Part shown: positions 28,346 to 43,000 of the stretch, piece after piece
How the letters are laid out: each line of letters starts with the position of its first letter
How positions within the stretch are numbered: position 1 is the stretch's first letter
From: the human T2T-CHM13v2.0 reference genome, Homo sapiens
Length of the DNA stretch: 64,000 nucleotides
Assembly (NCBI RefSeq): GCF_009914755.1
Contig: NC_060930.1
Direction: 5' to 3' (one strand)
The notes under the pieces: model-generated
Told to the model about the DNA's origin: nothing
Seen by the model: only the letters and a program-made list of their open reading frames with translations
Database searches by the model: none
Position numbers and translations under genes: made by a program

Positions 28346-29279
28346 ACTAAGGAAAAGAAGGTAGACAATATAATATGAATTTTACCATAATTCCATGGAC
28401 CCATATATATTGTATTAACATTCAAACTTCAACTACTATCCTATCTTTATAATTCACTTACTCTAGAATACTCACAAGAATCTAAATATTTGATAAGGTC
28501 AATAATTTAAAACTGGGAAAAGAAAACAAAGTTTCCTCCCTCCTCAGTTCTTATAGAGAAAAGCAGTATGTCAACGTACATTGAAATTTATTTCTAGATT
28601 AAAAAAACATTTATTGTCTACAAAGAATTTAAAATACCTGGTACTATTGAAAATCTCAAAACCACAACAACGTAAAGAAACTTCTTAGAAGATTTATACA
28701 TTATTTTTTATTATTTTTTAAATTTCTGGATTTAAGACAAAATACTCTAACTTCACCAGATTCAAAATCTAATTCTCATGCAAGTATGTATGTGACTGAA
28801 ATTAACTGGTAAGTGATACTTAATTGGTGTAAAAAAATGGCATTGCTAATTTCAAATAAAATAGCCATGTTGAATGTTCACGAGCATTTTTGGCATTGTT
28901 TAGATGGGCACCAATGTATTCATGTTTTAAAGATCCAGTAGGCATGGTTTTTACATTTCCATAATTAGGAAAATTAGCATTGATTCTGGTCACTGTAGAA
29001 CATAAAATCCCTCTTTTTTGTATCTATTGCATTTATTCATTTGTTTATTCACTATTTGGCAAATAATAAGTGCCTACTAGGTCCTAAGTCAATGTCAGTC
29101 ACTGTAAATACAATAGCAAGCCAAGGAGACAACAAGACTAATCCTGGGGTAGATAGCCTAGACATACAGGTAGATATGTTATTAAAATAGCATATAATGG
29201 TCTGAGGAGGAAAGTTAAGGGGTTATAAGAATGATTCTTCAACAAGGGTTTATTACCTGTCTAATATGGGCCTGGAGTT

Positions 29280-29630
29280 TCTATTTGGGTACATAGGATG
29301 CTCTCTTAGGACACTCCACTTATCACTTAAGATCAACCTAGATCTTATCCCGAGATAAATCAAAGTCACATGGAGAAGCCATATGTGAGCACTCTGGTCA
29401 ATAGTGCCATGTGAGATCCTAGCCAACATCAACAGCCAGCCCTGTGAATAAGCCATCTTAGAAAAACAGCCCAACTGGGACTTCAACTTGCAGTCACAAA
29501 AAGTCCCCAAGCGAGAACTTCCCAGCTGAATCTAGTTAACCCAAAAAAGCATGAAAGATCTTAAATAATTATAAGTCATCCTGCTAATTCTTTCCTAAAA
29601 CATCGGTACATATTTGTTTTACATAGGAAA
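29280..29630 (+). mobile_element. MLT1 (I/J-like) LTR fragment
   Basis: CACATGGAGAAGCC...CAGCCAGCCCTGTGAATAAGCCATCTT...AAGCGAGAACTTCCCAGCTGA. Confidence 0.6.
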
Positions 29631-29850
29631 ACAAATCTTAGACTAAGGTTTCTGTTGTGGCTATAAAATAGCTATTTGTTAACTCCCACTCATGACACTT
29701 ACTTCTTAGAGAATCACCTCTCTTATGTTCTAATAAAAATAGTTTCCATTTGGTATTGAGACATTAAATAAACAGATTATTTCTTCCAATCATGAGAAGA
29801 TTTTGTTCTCTCTAGGAGACAGAAGGGTTTTATATGTCCTATCTCATGCC

Positions 29851-29853
<3 letters not shown>

Positions 29854-29909
<56 letters not shown>
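29854..29909. repeat. Pure (TA)28
   Basis: Direct reading. Confidence 0.97.
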
Positions 29910-29916
<7 letters not shown>

Positions 29917-30022
29917 TTAGCGTTTTGATCATTCAAATATTAACTCACGCCAGTGCAGAAAAAGGAAAAATAATTAACCTTACCATAAATACTATCTTAT
30001 CAAGATACAAGTATTAAAAATT

Positions 30023-30930
<908 letters not shown>

Positions 30931-32118
30931 TTAATATCTTACCTGTAAAGCCAGTTTTAGTTACCTGAATTACAATTATTTTGATGGAACTGATGTTGAT
31001 ATCGAATATTATAAAAGTATTAACCTTATGTACCCAGGGAACAAAGATTTTCCATATTTTGAACAGAATCCCATCCCTTCATATCCAAAAAAATTCAAGT
31101 TTTTAATTTATAGTGTTATACAAATCCCCTTTTCAAGCCTTCATTAAAGTCTTGAAAAAATATACACATTCTATTTGTTGCTTGTCCTATTCTCATTGAA
31201 CACTGGTAAATTATTATTTATTTCTACATTTACTGCTATTATATCCTGTATTAATTCATCCCAAAATATGGATAATAGTCCTTGCCTTCACTTGCCAAAT
31301 AGTATTTTAAAAGGCTGCTTATTTAAAGAAACATTGGTGAAATAGTACAGGGATATTTATTATTTGATATCATTTACCCCATTGTTTATTGGTTTGTGTT
31401 ATTTCTCTAGGAAATACTATGAGAGCTGTCTCCCTTCGGAGCTCATGGTTGACACAGTATGATTAGAGAATCCTCCCTGAAGAGATAAAAATCTGTGTGC
31501 TCCCTCTCTCTTGTTTTCCCTCTTTCTCCTATGTTCAGGGATTGACTCACACTCCCTGCTTTTAAAGGATGCCCAAGATTAGTTTATCTCTGAATCAAAT
31601 TCTGAGAAGATTTTGCCCGATCCTCAATGAAGACCATTTATGCATAATATTAAAGGCATATTTACACTTTCAGTAAGTATTTTTGGTCACAAGTAGCAGA
31701 AACAAAAATTTCAAACTAGGTTTGATTAAAAAAAAGAGTATACTAAAGCTTACGTAACTGTGGGAAAAGCAAAAATCTATGGAACAATTGGACCTAGGAA
31801 TTAGAACACTGCTAAGATTCTCGCTCTACCTTCTCCTCCTTTCCCTACACAGGCAGATCCCCTTATTTCTCTGCTTTCTAACATGTTGTCTGTGATTCTT
31901 TTTACTGTGGAGCAGCCATCTCTACATAGCATCCATAAAGCTACCAGATCCTATGCTTCCCACATCAAACTTTTACCACCAGAGAGGGATGAAAACAGAT
32001 TTCTAAAGCTCAATTTGAATCACTTCTCTACAGTTTTCAAATGCCCATTTTGTTTCCACTTAGCAACCATATGCTTAGAAATATGAAGTAAACACTTTGA
32101 TCCCTAAATACACAGCAA

Positions 32119-32124
<6 letters not shown>

Positions 32125-32160
<36 letters not shown>
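32125..32160 (+). repeat. (CA)18
   Basis: Direct reading. Confidence 0.97.
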
Positions 32161-32163
<3 letters not shown>

Positions 32164-32377
32164 TATACTTGAATCAAACAGAGGGAAAAGTCTAAAAAAT
32201 GCTGGGATTCAAAGCTTCCAACTCTTATTTTCTAGACATATAAGAATCTTCTTCCTTTTTAAAGCTTCTTCAGAACTCTATTCCTGCTCAGCACGACTCT
32301 GTTAACTTTTTTGAGCCTAGATTCTCTGCATAGAATGTGCAAAGGGTATCATGGTATTACAGTATAAGAAGAGAGAA

Positions 32378-32626
32378 CATATGCTAGTGGTTAAGATTAT
32401 AGACTCTGGAGGCAGTCTGTCCTGGTACAAATCTTGGCTCTGTCACTTATGAGCTTTGTGTCTTGGGCAATTATTGAATTTCTCTAGTCTCAGATGCCTC
32501 AGCTATAAAATGGAGATAATAACAGTACTTAACATATAGGGTTTTTTTGACTCTTAAATAAACTAAAATATGTAAGCACTTAGGAAATACCTTACACATT
32601 TTAAGCATTTAAAGAAAATAAATGTA
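32378..32626 (+). mobile_element. Near full-length MIR
   Basis: TAGTGGTTAAGA...GACTCTGGAG...GGCTCTGTCACTTA...CTTGGGCAA...TAAAATGGAGATAATAACAGTAC. Confidence 0.85.
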
Positions 32627-33974
32627 TTTTCAGTTATCAAATCTTACAGGTATCAAAACAATATCAAAATAGTTTTCTGTACAATTTATATATTCCACAC
32701 AGCAATACTTCAAAGTTGACTGTAATTATTACTTTGTTTTATTCCATTTGATTTTCCTTTTGAAGCATAAACTTAACATATTTAGTAACAAATCTTTATT
32801 CCAGTATATAACTGAAATAGTTTCAGAGCCTGGTAAGCAAAGAATTTCTCATATATTCTTCCTTCACCTCCCACTCCCAACCAAACATAAAAATTTTCAT
32901 AGGCTCAAAAATTACTTCCTTATGGGAAACCACTTAGCAATAATTTAAATCAGTGGTTTGCAAACCAGCTGTCTTGGGTTTTGATATCTTATGTATCTCT
33001 GTATCTGATACCTAAAAATGACAAAAATTTTTAAAAGTAATTAGCCTTATCACCAAATATTAAGAATGTTTTGTATGATCCTGACCTAAACAATATGCTA
33101 AGAGCAACATAGGAAGGTACTGTGGGGGAGTATTAGAGATTTTAGACCTTCAACTGGTTTCTATTCTCTAGTAGTATAACTTGTTTAAACTGAAGGGACT
33201 TATTATCTGACCACATTTAGCTAGACCAAAGACAATATCATACCTTTTTAACGTCCACAAATAGTGATTTATTGAAGTTACATGTTTCAACCTCTTCTTG
33301 GCCTAGATAAGAAGCTGAAAGCCGTGTCCAGCATCCTTCCTATTCTTCAATGAAATTAGCTGATTTCGTGAATTTATAGAATGACTTATTTATCACTATT
33401 TAAATTTATTTCCAGAAAAGGGAATCTAATCCCTTATACTTAAGAGGTATTCTAACATGGGAACAATTTTACAATTTATCTATTGGAAATGGTATACAAG
33501 CAAGTTCCCACAGTTTTGTTTAGTCCAATGCCTATGTCTCACTCTTGTCAACTTTCTGGTTTGCTCATCCGGAAGCATCTATGAATATGCTGATTTCATG
33601 AGGCAAAGTAATACACATTTTCATTCAGGGTCCATCCAGGAAAGAGAAGCAATTTTTGGTCTTTCATAAAGAGATCTTGACACAGGGAATTGGCTACATT
33701 TGTGATGGAATAGCTGTAAAGTCCAACAGAGGATGGTGAGGCAATTCAGAGGTTAGCAACAGCCACTACCCACCCCAGGGCTAGAAAAGCAAAAAAAGAA
33801 GTGATTATACAACCAGAAGACCTCTCACTAAAGAATCTTACCTAGAACCCAAAGGGCCTGATAAATGTGGTTTCCTATGTTACAGACTAGAGCAGAGGAA
33901 AGGAAATGGATCTGGGAATAAGTAGGCAGTCATCACTTACACAGGTAGTGTACACATTGAAAGCTCTCTAGCAC

Positions 33975-34130
33975 TAATCTGTGTGATGCTCAGACTGCTA
34001 GCATCAACACAACCCGAAAGCTTTTGAAAAGGTAAATTTATATGGCGCACCTAAACATAGAAGTGCAGAATATCTAAGGGTTGTCCCAGGCATTTGCGTT
34101 TTAGCATTTACATCAAATTATCAGACTAGA
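33975..34130. mobile_element. MER5-like hAT fragment
   Basis: TGCTCAGACTGCTAGCATCAACAC...CCCAGGCATTTGCGTTTTAGCA. Confidence 0.4.
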
Positions 34131-36519
34131 GTTTGGTCAAATAAACTTCATTGTATCCTCGCTTTTACCTGACACTGTACCATTCTGGGATGATAATGTT
34201 CAGATAGATAGTTTGGCATTTGCGAGAATCAAAACCGCCTATTAAAAACTTGTGCTAGGTTTATTAACTAGAATAAAACATATTGTTCTGTTTTCACATT
34301 TCATCAAGAACACAGTAAAGACACCTACTGATTATAAGTGGGCAGTACCTTAGTTGTCTGTATATTTCCTGAGAAGTCAGTTAAGGGTTGGAGTGAGTCA
34401 CTGTAGTCAGCTCTGATTGGAAGTGGTACTAATGATTCTAGACAGTTGGCATAACAAAGAATGAGAAATCTGGACCTATCTCTGTACTGATGGCAGCAAA
34501 AAAATAAACTGCTTAGCAAACCTCTTTTTTCTTAGCCACAAGATACAATTCTTCCCTGTCACTTTAGAGAGCCAATTTTCTCTTGTCTTCTATCCGCTAT
34601 GAATAGATTTGAGGAATACAATGTTGTTAGCTGAAATATTCTATTCAGTTTGACACAGTGAATTTGTTCTATTATTTTCTATCTTAACTTGCATTTGTTT
34701 ACTCTTCCAAATCAGTTTCTTAACTTTCCACAGTCTAGGGAAGCTTTCTGCCTAGTATTTATTTTGCTCATTGAATCGTTTCATTAACTTCAATGCTTTG
34801 CACAGCTTTTTTGTTAGTTGCACCCATAATGACTTTGAATAATAGTTTCAGTATTCCAGTGTGCTTTTAAAATTTCTGTGGCTTGTATTGAATTTAATAC
34901 CAACACAGACAATATAGCTTGGCAATTAGAAATTTCCTCTTTTGGCCAATCAAAATTTGTATAATTATAAAAATTGGAAATATGTCCAGTAGAAAATATT
35001 CAATAATAATGCTGTTAATCATCTCAAGTTTTGGTATCTTCATACTTGATTAAACTATTATATTTAGTTTAGGAAACTACAATGAAACTGCAAAGGAAAC
35101 TATACCTTAAAATTGCTAGTTTATAAAAAAAGTCACATTACAAAAAATGAACAAGAGGGTGTGTTTTTTATAAAGTTATTATAACTTTACTGGTGATCAA
35201 ACAAATGTTCTTTGCACAAATTTAAAATTCCAAAATAGCATATATATTTTACAGCTGACATGCAAACAAGGTTTTTGATGGGAAAAATAAAGCAAATACA
35301 TAAATATTCTTACATGCATTCTTAAAATACCTAGTAAAAAACTGAATATATAAACTGGATTAGAAGATCCCCATGTTTAGTTGCTGGTTTTCAAGAAAAG
35401 AATGCCTAGTAGGAGGAATATCATTTACGGTAGGAGACCCCCATCCAGAAGATAATTCTTGGAATGGTGTTTACAGATGTCAGCCTGAAGGTCTTAGAAG
35501 AGAAAGGAATCACTGTGCGGAGAATCTGATTTGCATGTAACAAGGCATCAGAAGGACTGCACAGGTCAAACTGTGGAAGCAGGGAGAAGAAAAGAGTACA
35601 AGCACAGTAACTAGACCTGAGGCCACTGGAATCTAGATAGGTAGCAATCATGTTCAATGACTGATGAAAAAAAATTCAGACTTAGGGTGCTAAACATAAT
35701 GTGCTGGATTCTCCTTTTAAGAATTTCTTGGTGATAGTATAAGGATGGAAGAAAACAACAACAAAGAAAAACGAGAAAGTGTTGTAGAAACTAAGAAAGG
35801 ACACATGGCTGAGGTTGTGGTGATGGTTGAAGAAGAAAATAAGACAAAGGGGTGGCTCTGTGGTATTACAAAGCTTGAAATTTCTCTTTAAAATGTGTTA
35901 TGTGGTTGTTACAGAATACTTTGTTCTGGTAAGAAGTCACACCATTTTAGGAATCAGTTCTGAGACTTCCTTTTGCTAATACTATCTGCATCAAAAATAG
36001 TTTGTAAATTTGCAGCTCACTGAGGAAAATGTCTCCAACTGAAAGAGATACAGTGATATTTCGAAATTGGCTAACCCCAGGCCATTTGTTTTGCAAAGAT
36101 TTCTGTCAATGAAATAAATTTTAGTCTGTACCTTTTATGAACTATTATCCTTTCAGTGCATAATACAATCTGTTTCATATAGAAAAACCTCAATCAATTG
36201 TGCTCACTTGAATTAAAGGGTGTGAAAAATTGTTTAATCTCCGGGATCGTCTTCCCATGTGGGAGTTGACATTGACCTTGAGATCTTCAGAGCAGATTTT
36301 CCTGTCAATTATCTGAATCTTCTCCCACCTAGCACAGGGCCTGGTGTCCAGTTGTAGCTGGTTCTCAGTGAATTTAAGTTCCATGAATAATTCTCATTGT
36401 AGAAATATAGTCATGTAATATTCACATTTCTCATTCTGTCTTCCTCCCTCACCCTTCTATATTTGCTATATAATGGGGTCAAGAAAATGCTAATTGTATA
36501 ATTATTAACTTACCAAGTC

Positions 36520-37033
36520 CTCTATGGATAGTACAATAAATATTCCTATACATTGATTTTTTTCAAACGTGAGTTTCTTTGTAACATGCATTCCTGGAAA
36601 TGTAATTTTATAGATATTGCCAAATTATCTTCCAATGGGGTTCTTCCAGTTTACGTTTTCATAAGGAATGTATGGCCATACTGTGATGTATTAAATTATT
36701 GTTTTAATCATTCACATAGGAGAAAATAGCATCCAAATGTGGTTATAGTTTGTGTGTATGTAGTTGTGATAAAGTTGAACACCTTTTCATATTTTAGAAG
36801 TTTTTTAATAAATTGTCTTATTCTTTGCTCATCTTATTTTTTTAATATTAACCTTTTCATCCACAAATATAATAGTTTTATCTAAAGAAAATTATATCTT
36901 TGAATAGTGACTTGTAAATATTTTTTCCAATTTGTCTTTTGACTTCTTTACAGTATTTTTGCCACATAATTATTTTGTTTATGCATTAAAATATCTGATA
37001 TGTTTTAATTTTAGAGCTTCACCATGTTGTATC
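36520..37033 (-). mobile_element. Old L1ME-like fragment (host of the L1PB insertion)
   Basis: GATATTGCCAAATTATCTTCCA, AAGTTGAACACCTTTTCATATT, GTAAATATTTTTTCCAATTTGTC. Confidence 0.55.
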
Positions 37034-37050
37034 TTGCCTACAGATTCTTT

Positions 37051-40000
37051 CTTTTTTTAATTTCAAAATATTTTGGGAAACAGGGGGTTTTGGGTTACAT
37101 GAATAAGTTCTTTAGTAGTTAAGGTGTAAGATTTTGGTGCACTCGTAACCCAAGGAGTGTACATTGTTCCCATTGTATAGTCTTTTATCCCTCACCCCGC
37201 TTCCACCCCTCTGCCTGAGTCCCCAAAGTCCTTATATCATCAAGGAAATGCAAATTAAAACCACAATGAGGTACTACCTTACTCCTGCAAGAATGGCCAT
37301 AATGGGAGAGTAAAAAGTAATAAATGTTGGCATGGATGTGGTGAAAAGGCAACACTTTACACTTGTGATGGAAGTGTAAACTAGTATAACCACTCTCAAA
37401 AACAGTATGGAGATTCCTGAAAAAACTAAAAGTTGAACCACCATTTAACCCAGCAATATTACTACTGGGTATCTACCTGAAGGAAAAAACATTCTTATGC
37501 CTTTGTGTTCTCATGGCTTAGCTCCAACTTATAAGTGGGAGTATATGATATTTGATTTTCCAATTCTGAGTCATTTCACTTAGAATAATAATCTTCACCT
37601 CCATCATGGTTGCTGCAAATGCCATTATATCATTTTTTTTATGACTGAGTAGTATTCCATGCTGTAGATATACCACATTTTCTTTATCTATTCATTGGTT
37701 AATGGGCATTTAGGCTGGTTCCATATTTTTGCAATCACAAATTGTGCTGCTATAAACATGCATGTGCAAGTGCCTTTTTCATATGACTTCTTTTCCTTTA
37801 GGTAAATACCCAGTAGTAGGAGATCAAATGGTAGTTCTGATTTTAATTCTTTAAGGAACCTCCATACTGTTTTAAATAGTGGTTGTATTAGTTGACATTC
37901 CCACCAACAGTGTAAAAGTGTTCCCTTTTCACCACATCCGTGCCAACAGCTATTATTTTTTATTTTCTCATTATGGTCATTCTTGCAGGAGTAAAGTAGT
38001 ATATTATTGCGATTTTAACTTACATTTCCCTGATAATTAGTGATGTTGAGGATTTTTTTGTACGATTTTTGGCCATTTGTATATCTTCTTTTGAGAATTG
38101 TCTATTCATGTCCTTTGTCCACTTTTTGATGAAATTATTATTTTTTTCTTGCTGATTTGTTTGAGCTCCTTGTAGATTCTTAATATTAGTCCTTTGTTGG
38201 ATGCACAGTTTGCAGATATCTACTCCCATTCTGTGGGTTGTCTGCTTACTCTGCTGATTATTTATTTTGCTATGCAGAAGCTTTTTAGTTTAATTAGATT
38301 CCATCTATTTATTTCTGATTTTTTGCTGCATTTGCTTTTGGGTTCTTGGTCATGAAGTCTTTGCCTAAGCCAATATCTAGAAGAGTTTTTGCAATGCTAT
38401 CTTTTAGAATTTTTATGGTTTCAGATCTTAGATTGAAGGCTTTGGTCCATCTTGAGTTGATTTTTGTATAACATGAGAGAAGAGGATACAATTTTGTCCT
38501 TCTACATGTGACTTGCACCTGTAGAAGAACAAATAATTATCCCAGCACCATTTGTTGAATAGGGTGTCCTTTCCTGACTTTATGTTTTAGTATGCTTTGT
38601 CAAAGATCAGTTGGCTGTAAGTATTTGGCTTTATTTCTGGGTTCTCTACCACATAATAGAGTTGGTCTATGTGCCTATTTTTTATACCATTTATCTACAT
38701 GCCTATTTTTATACCAGTGTCATGCTGTTTTGGTAACTATAGCCTCGTAGTATAGTTTGAAGTCAGATAATGTGATGCCTCCAGATTTGTTCTTTTTACT
38801 TAGCATTGCTTTGACTATGTGGGCTTTTGTTTTTTGTTCCATATAAATTTTAGAAATACTTTTTCTAGTTCTATGAAGAATGATGATGGTACTTTGATGG
38901 GAATTGCATTGGATCTGTAGATTGCTTTTGGCAGTATGATCATTTTCACAATATTGATTCTACCCATCCATGAGCATGGGAGATGTTTCCATTTCTTTGT
39001 GTCATCAATGATTTCTTTCAGCAGTGTTTTGTAGTTTTCCTTGTAGAGATCTTTCACCTCCTTGGTTAGATATATTCCTAGGTATTTTATTTTACTCTTA
39101 TAGCTGTCTTAAAAGGGATTGAGTTCTTGATTTGTTTCTTAACTTGGTTATTGTGGGTGTATAGCAGTGCTACTAATTTGTGTACATTGATTTTGTATCC
39201 TGAAACTTTACTGAATTCATTTATCAGATCAGGCACCTTTTCGGATGAGATGTTAGGGTTTTTTAGGTATAAGATTATATCATCAGAAAACAGCGGCAGT
39301 ATGACTTCCTCTTTTTTAAAGAACCAGCTTTTTGTTTCAGATATCTTTGGTATTTTTTGTTTCAATTTCATTTAGTTCTGCCCTGATCTTTGTTATTTCT
39401 TTTCTTCTGCTGGGTTTGGGTTTGTTTTTTTATTTCTTGTTTCTATAATTCCTTGAGGTGTGAAGTTAGATTGTCTATTTGTGCTCTTTCAGACTTTGTG
39501 ATGTAGGTATTTAATGCTGTGAACTTTCCTCTTGGTAGCACTTTTGCTGTATCCCAGGGGTTTTGATAAGTTGGTTCACTGTTATTGTTCAGCTCAAAGA
39601 CTTTAAATTTCTCTCTTGATTTCATTGTTGACCCAAAGATCATTCAAGAGCAGATTATTCAATTTTCACATATTTCTAAAGTTTCAAGGATTGTTTTTGG
39701 AGTTAATTTCTGGTTTTATTCCACTTTGGTCTGAGAGGGCACTTGATATAATTTCTATTTTCTTACATTCATTGAGTTTTTTTGTGACAGATCATATGGT
39801 CTATCTTGAAGAATATTCTATGTGCTGACCAAAGAAGGTATATTCTGCATTTGTTGGGTAGAATATTCTGTAAGTATCTGTTAAGTCCATTTGTTCTAGG
39901 GTATAGTTTAAATGTATTGTTTCTTTGTTGACTTTATGTCTTGATGACCTGTCTAGTGCCATCAGTGGAGTATTGAAGTCCCACACAATTATTGTGCTGC

Positions 40001-43000
40001 GTCTATCTCATTCTTGTCTGGTAATAATTGTTTTATAAATTTAGGAGCTCCAGTGTTAGATACATACATATTTAGGATTGTGATATTTTCCTGTTGGACT
40101 AATCCTTTTATTGTTATATAATGTTCCACTTTGTCTCTTTTTTTTTCTATTGTTGGTTTAAAGTTTGTTTTGTCTGATATAACTGTAGCTACTCCTGCTA
40201 ACTCTTGGTTTCCATTTGCATGGAATATCATTTTTGACCCCTTTGCCTTATGTTTATGGAAGTCCTTATGTATTAGGTGAGTCTCTTGAAGATACCAGAT
40301 ACTTGGTCGGTGAGTTTTAATCCATTCTGCCATTCTGTATCAATTAAGTTGAGCATTTAGGGCATTTACTGTCAATATTACTATTGACATGTGAGGTACT
40401 GTTCTACTCATCATGCTAGTTCTTGCCTTAATACCCTTTTAAAAATAATTGTATTATTGTTTTATAGGCCCTGTGAGATTTATTTTTGCACAGGTTCTAT
40501 TTTGGTGTATTTTGAGATTTTGTTTCAAGATTTAGAGCTCCTTTTAGCATTTCTCATAGTGCTGGTTTGACAGTGGCAAATTCTGTCAGCATTTGTTTGT
40601 CTGAAAAAAAAAACTGTATCTTCCCTTTATCTATGTAGCTTAGTTTTGCTGGATACAAAATTCTTAGCTGATAATTATTTTGTTCCACAAGGCTAAATAT
40701 GAGACCTCAATACCTTCTAGCTTGTAAGATTTCTGCTGAGAAATCTACTGTTAATCTGATACATTTTCCTTTGTAGGCTATCTGATGTTTTTGCCTCACA
40801 GCTCTTAAGATTCTTTCCTTTGTCTTGACTTTAGATAACCTGATGACTATGTGCCTAGGTGATGATCTTTTTTTGTGATGAATTTCCCAAGTGTTCTTTG
40901 AACTTTTCGTATTTGGATGTCTAGATATCTAGCAAGGTCAAGAAAGTTTCCCACAATTATTCCATCAAATAGGGTTCCCAGACTTTTATTAGATTTCTCT
41001 TCTTTCTCAGTAACACCAGTTATTTTTATGTTTGGCTGTTTAACATAATCCCGGATTTCTAGGAGGCTTCATTTTTTTTTTTTTTTTCTTCTTCTGTCTG
41101 ATTGGGTTATTTGAAGCCTTGTCTTCAAGCTCTGAACTTCTTTCTTCTATTTGTTCTAGTCAATTCTTGACACTTTTCACTGCATTTTGTATTTCTGTAA
41201 GTGTGTCTTTCATTTCTATGTATGAAATGAAAGTATGATTGTTTTCTCCTTATGATATCTATTTCTCTGGAGAACTTTTCATCCATATCCTATATATTTT
41301 TTTTAAATTTCTTTAAGTTGTGTTTCACCTTTCTCTGGTATCTCCTTAAGAAGTTTAATAATCAGCCTTCTGAATTCTTTTTCTGGCAATTCAGAGACTT
41401 CTTTTTGGTTTGGATCTATTGCCGGGAGCTGGTGTGAGGTGTTTTAGAATACACCTCTTTTGGAGGTGTTATAGAATCCTTTTTTGTCATAATATTAGAA
41501 TTACTTTTCTGGTTCATTCTCATCTGGGTAGACTATTTCAGTGGAGAGATCTGAAACTCAAGGCCTGCTGTTCAGATGCTCTCATCCCATGGGCTGATTC
41601 CTTGATGTGGTGCTCTTCCCCTTTCTTTAGGGATGGGGCATTCTGAGAGCTGAACGGTAGTGATTGTTAGATCTCTTCTGGGTCTAGCCACCCAGTGGGG
41701 CTACTAGGCTACAGCCTGCTGTGAGAGAGTGTCTGCAAAGAGTCTTGTGATGTGACCTTTGTTCAAGTCTTCCAGCCATGGATATCAGCACTTGCTCTGG
41801 TGGAGGTGACAGGGGAGCGGGGTAGACTCTGTGACAGTCCTTGGTTGTAGGTATGTTTAGCGTGCTGGTTTTCTTGAATGCTGGTTGTGCTAGCAGTGAA
41901 GTTGTCACATGGACACACTCAGAACCTCTGGTTAGCCAAGATGTTGCAGCCAGTGGAATTGGGTATTGTCTTCTCCTTCCTGAGATCATGGATATTCTGT
42001 CATGAGTTGCTGCAAAGGCCTGCATTGGTGGGCTTCCAGCCAGGAGGTGACACTTTCAAGAGAGCACTAGCTGTGGTAGTAGTGGCGGGGGTTGGGGGGA
42101 TAACGCCAAGCTTGCCCTAAGTTGGCCAGGGTAAGTATTTTGGTTTCTCAGGTGATAGGTGGGGCCTTAAAGCCCCCAAGAGCTTATATGTTTGTATTCA
42201 GCTACCAGGGCAGGTAGAGAAATACCATCAGGTAGGGGCAGGGTTAGGCTGGTCTGGACTCAGACTTTTTGTGGCGGGGTTTGCTGGTTTGCAAAGCCAC
42301 TGTGAGGGATGTGGGAGGTGGTTCTCAAGCCAATGGGGTTATGTTCAAGAGAGGATCTTGGCTGCCTCTGCTGTGTCATATAGTTCACCAGGGAATGGGA
42401 AGATAGCTGGTAGCAAGAGGCCTCACCAAGTTCTCACACAGCTGGGGAGTGTCCTGCTCAGACCTTGCCCCAGGCTGTGAGCTTCCCTGCTGAGAAACCA
42501 AACATGGCTTATGGACCTCACCCCTCCCCATCTGGTCACTCCATTAGTGGTGGCTCCTGTGCTCATCTCTGCAGCAGCTTCTGCTCATGTCCTGGACTCT
42601 GCTCAGGAAAATTTGTGTCCAGTGGAAACTACTACCAATTTCAGTTGGAAGCTTTCTTTATCCCACAACCTCTCCCCAATTCCACTTGTTGCCTTCCCTG
42701 AGGGCCCCTGTGAGATATAGTCAGGAATAGCCTCCCTGGGTTCAAGCTGAAGACTGGGAGTGCCTGCAAGACTCTTCCTGCTGCTTCTTCTACTTTTATG
42801 TTTCATGTGACTCCCTAAATTTTTTTCAGTTTTAGGTAAAGTTAAATCCTTCTCCTGTGATCTGGATTTTCAGATATCCCAGTGGTAATGTGGGTTCAGA
42901 AGCAGATTTTCCCCCTCTCACACCATGGGAACTCACAGTTTTTGCCTGTTTTGTGGATTTTTCTGTGGCATGTCACTTCTTTCAAAGGATCTGTGAATTT

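Noticed and set aside
39087-39371. FSDD instead of FADD in both long L1s
   Set aside because: Single-base changes in unrelated dead copies with different codon context; coincidence is sufficient.
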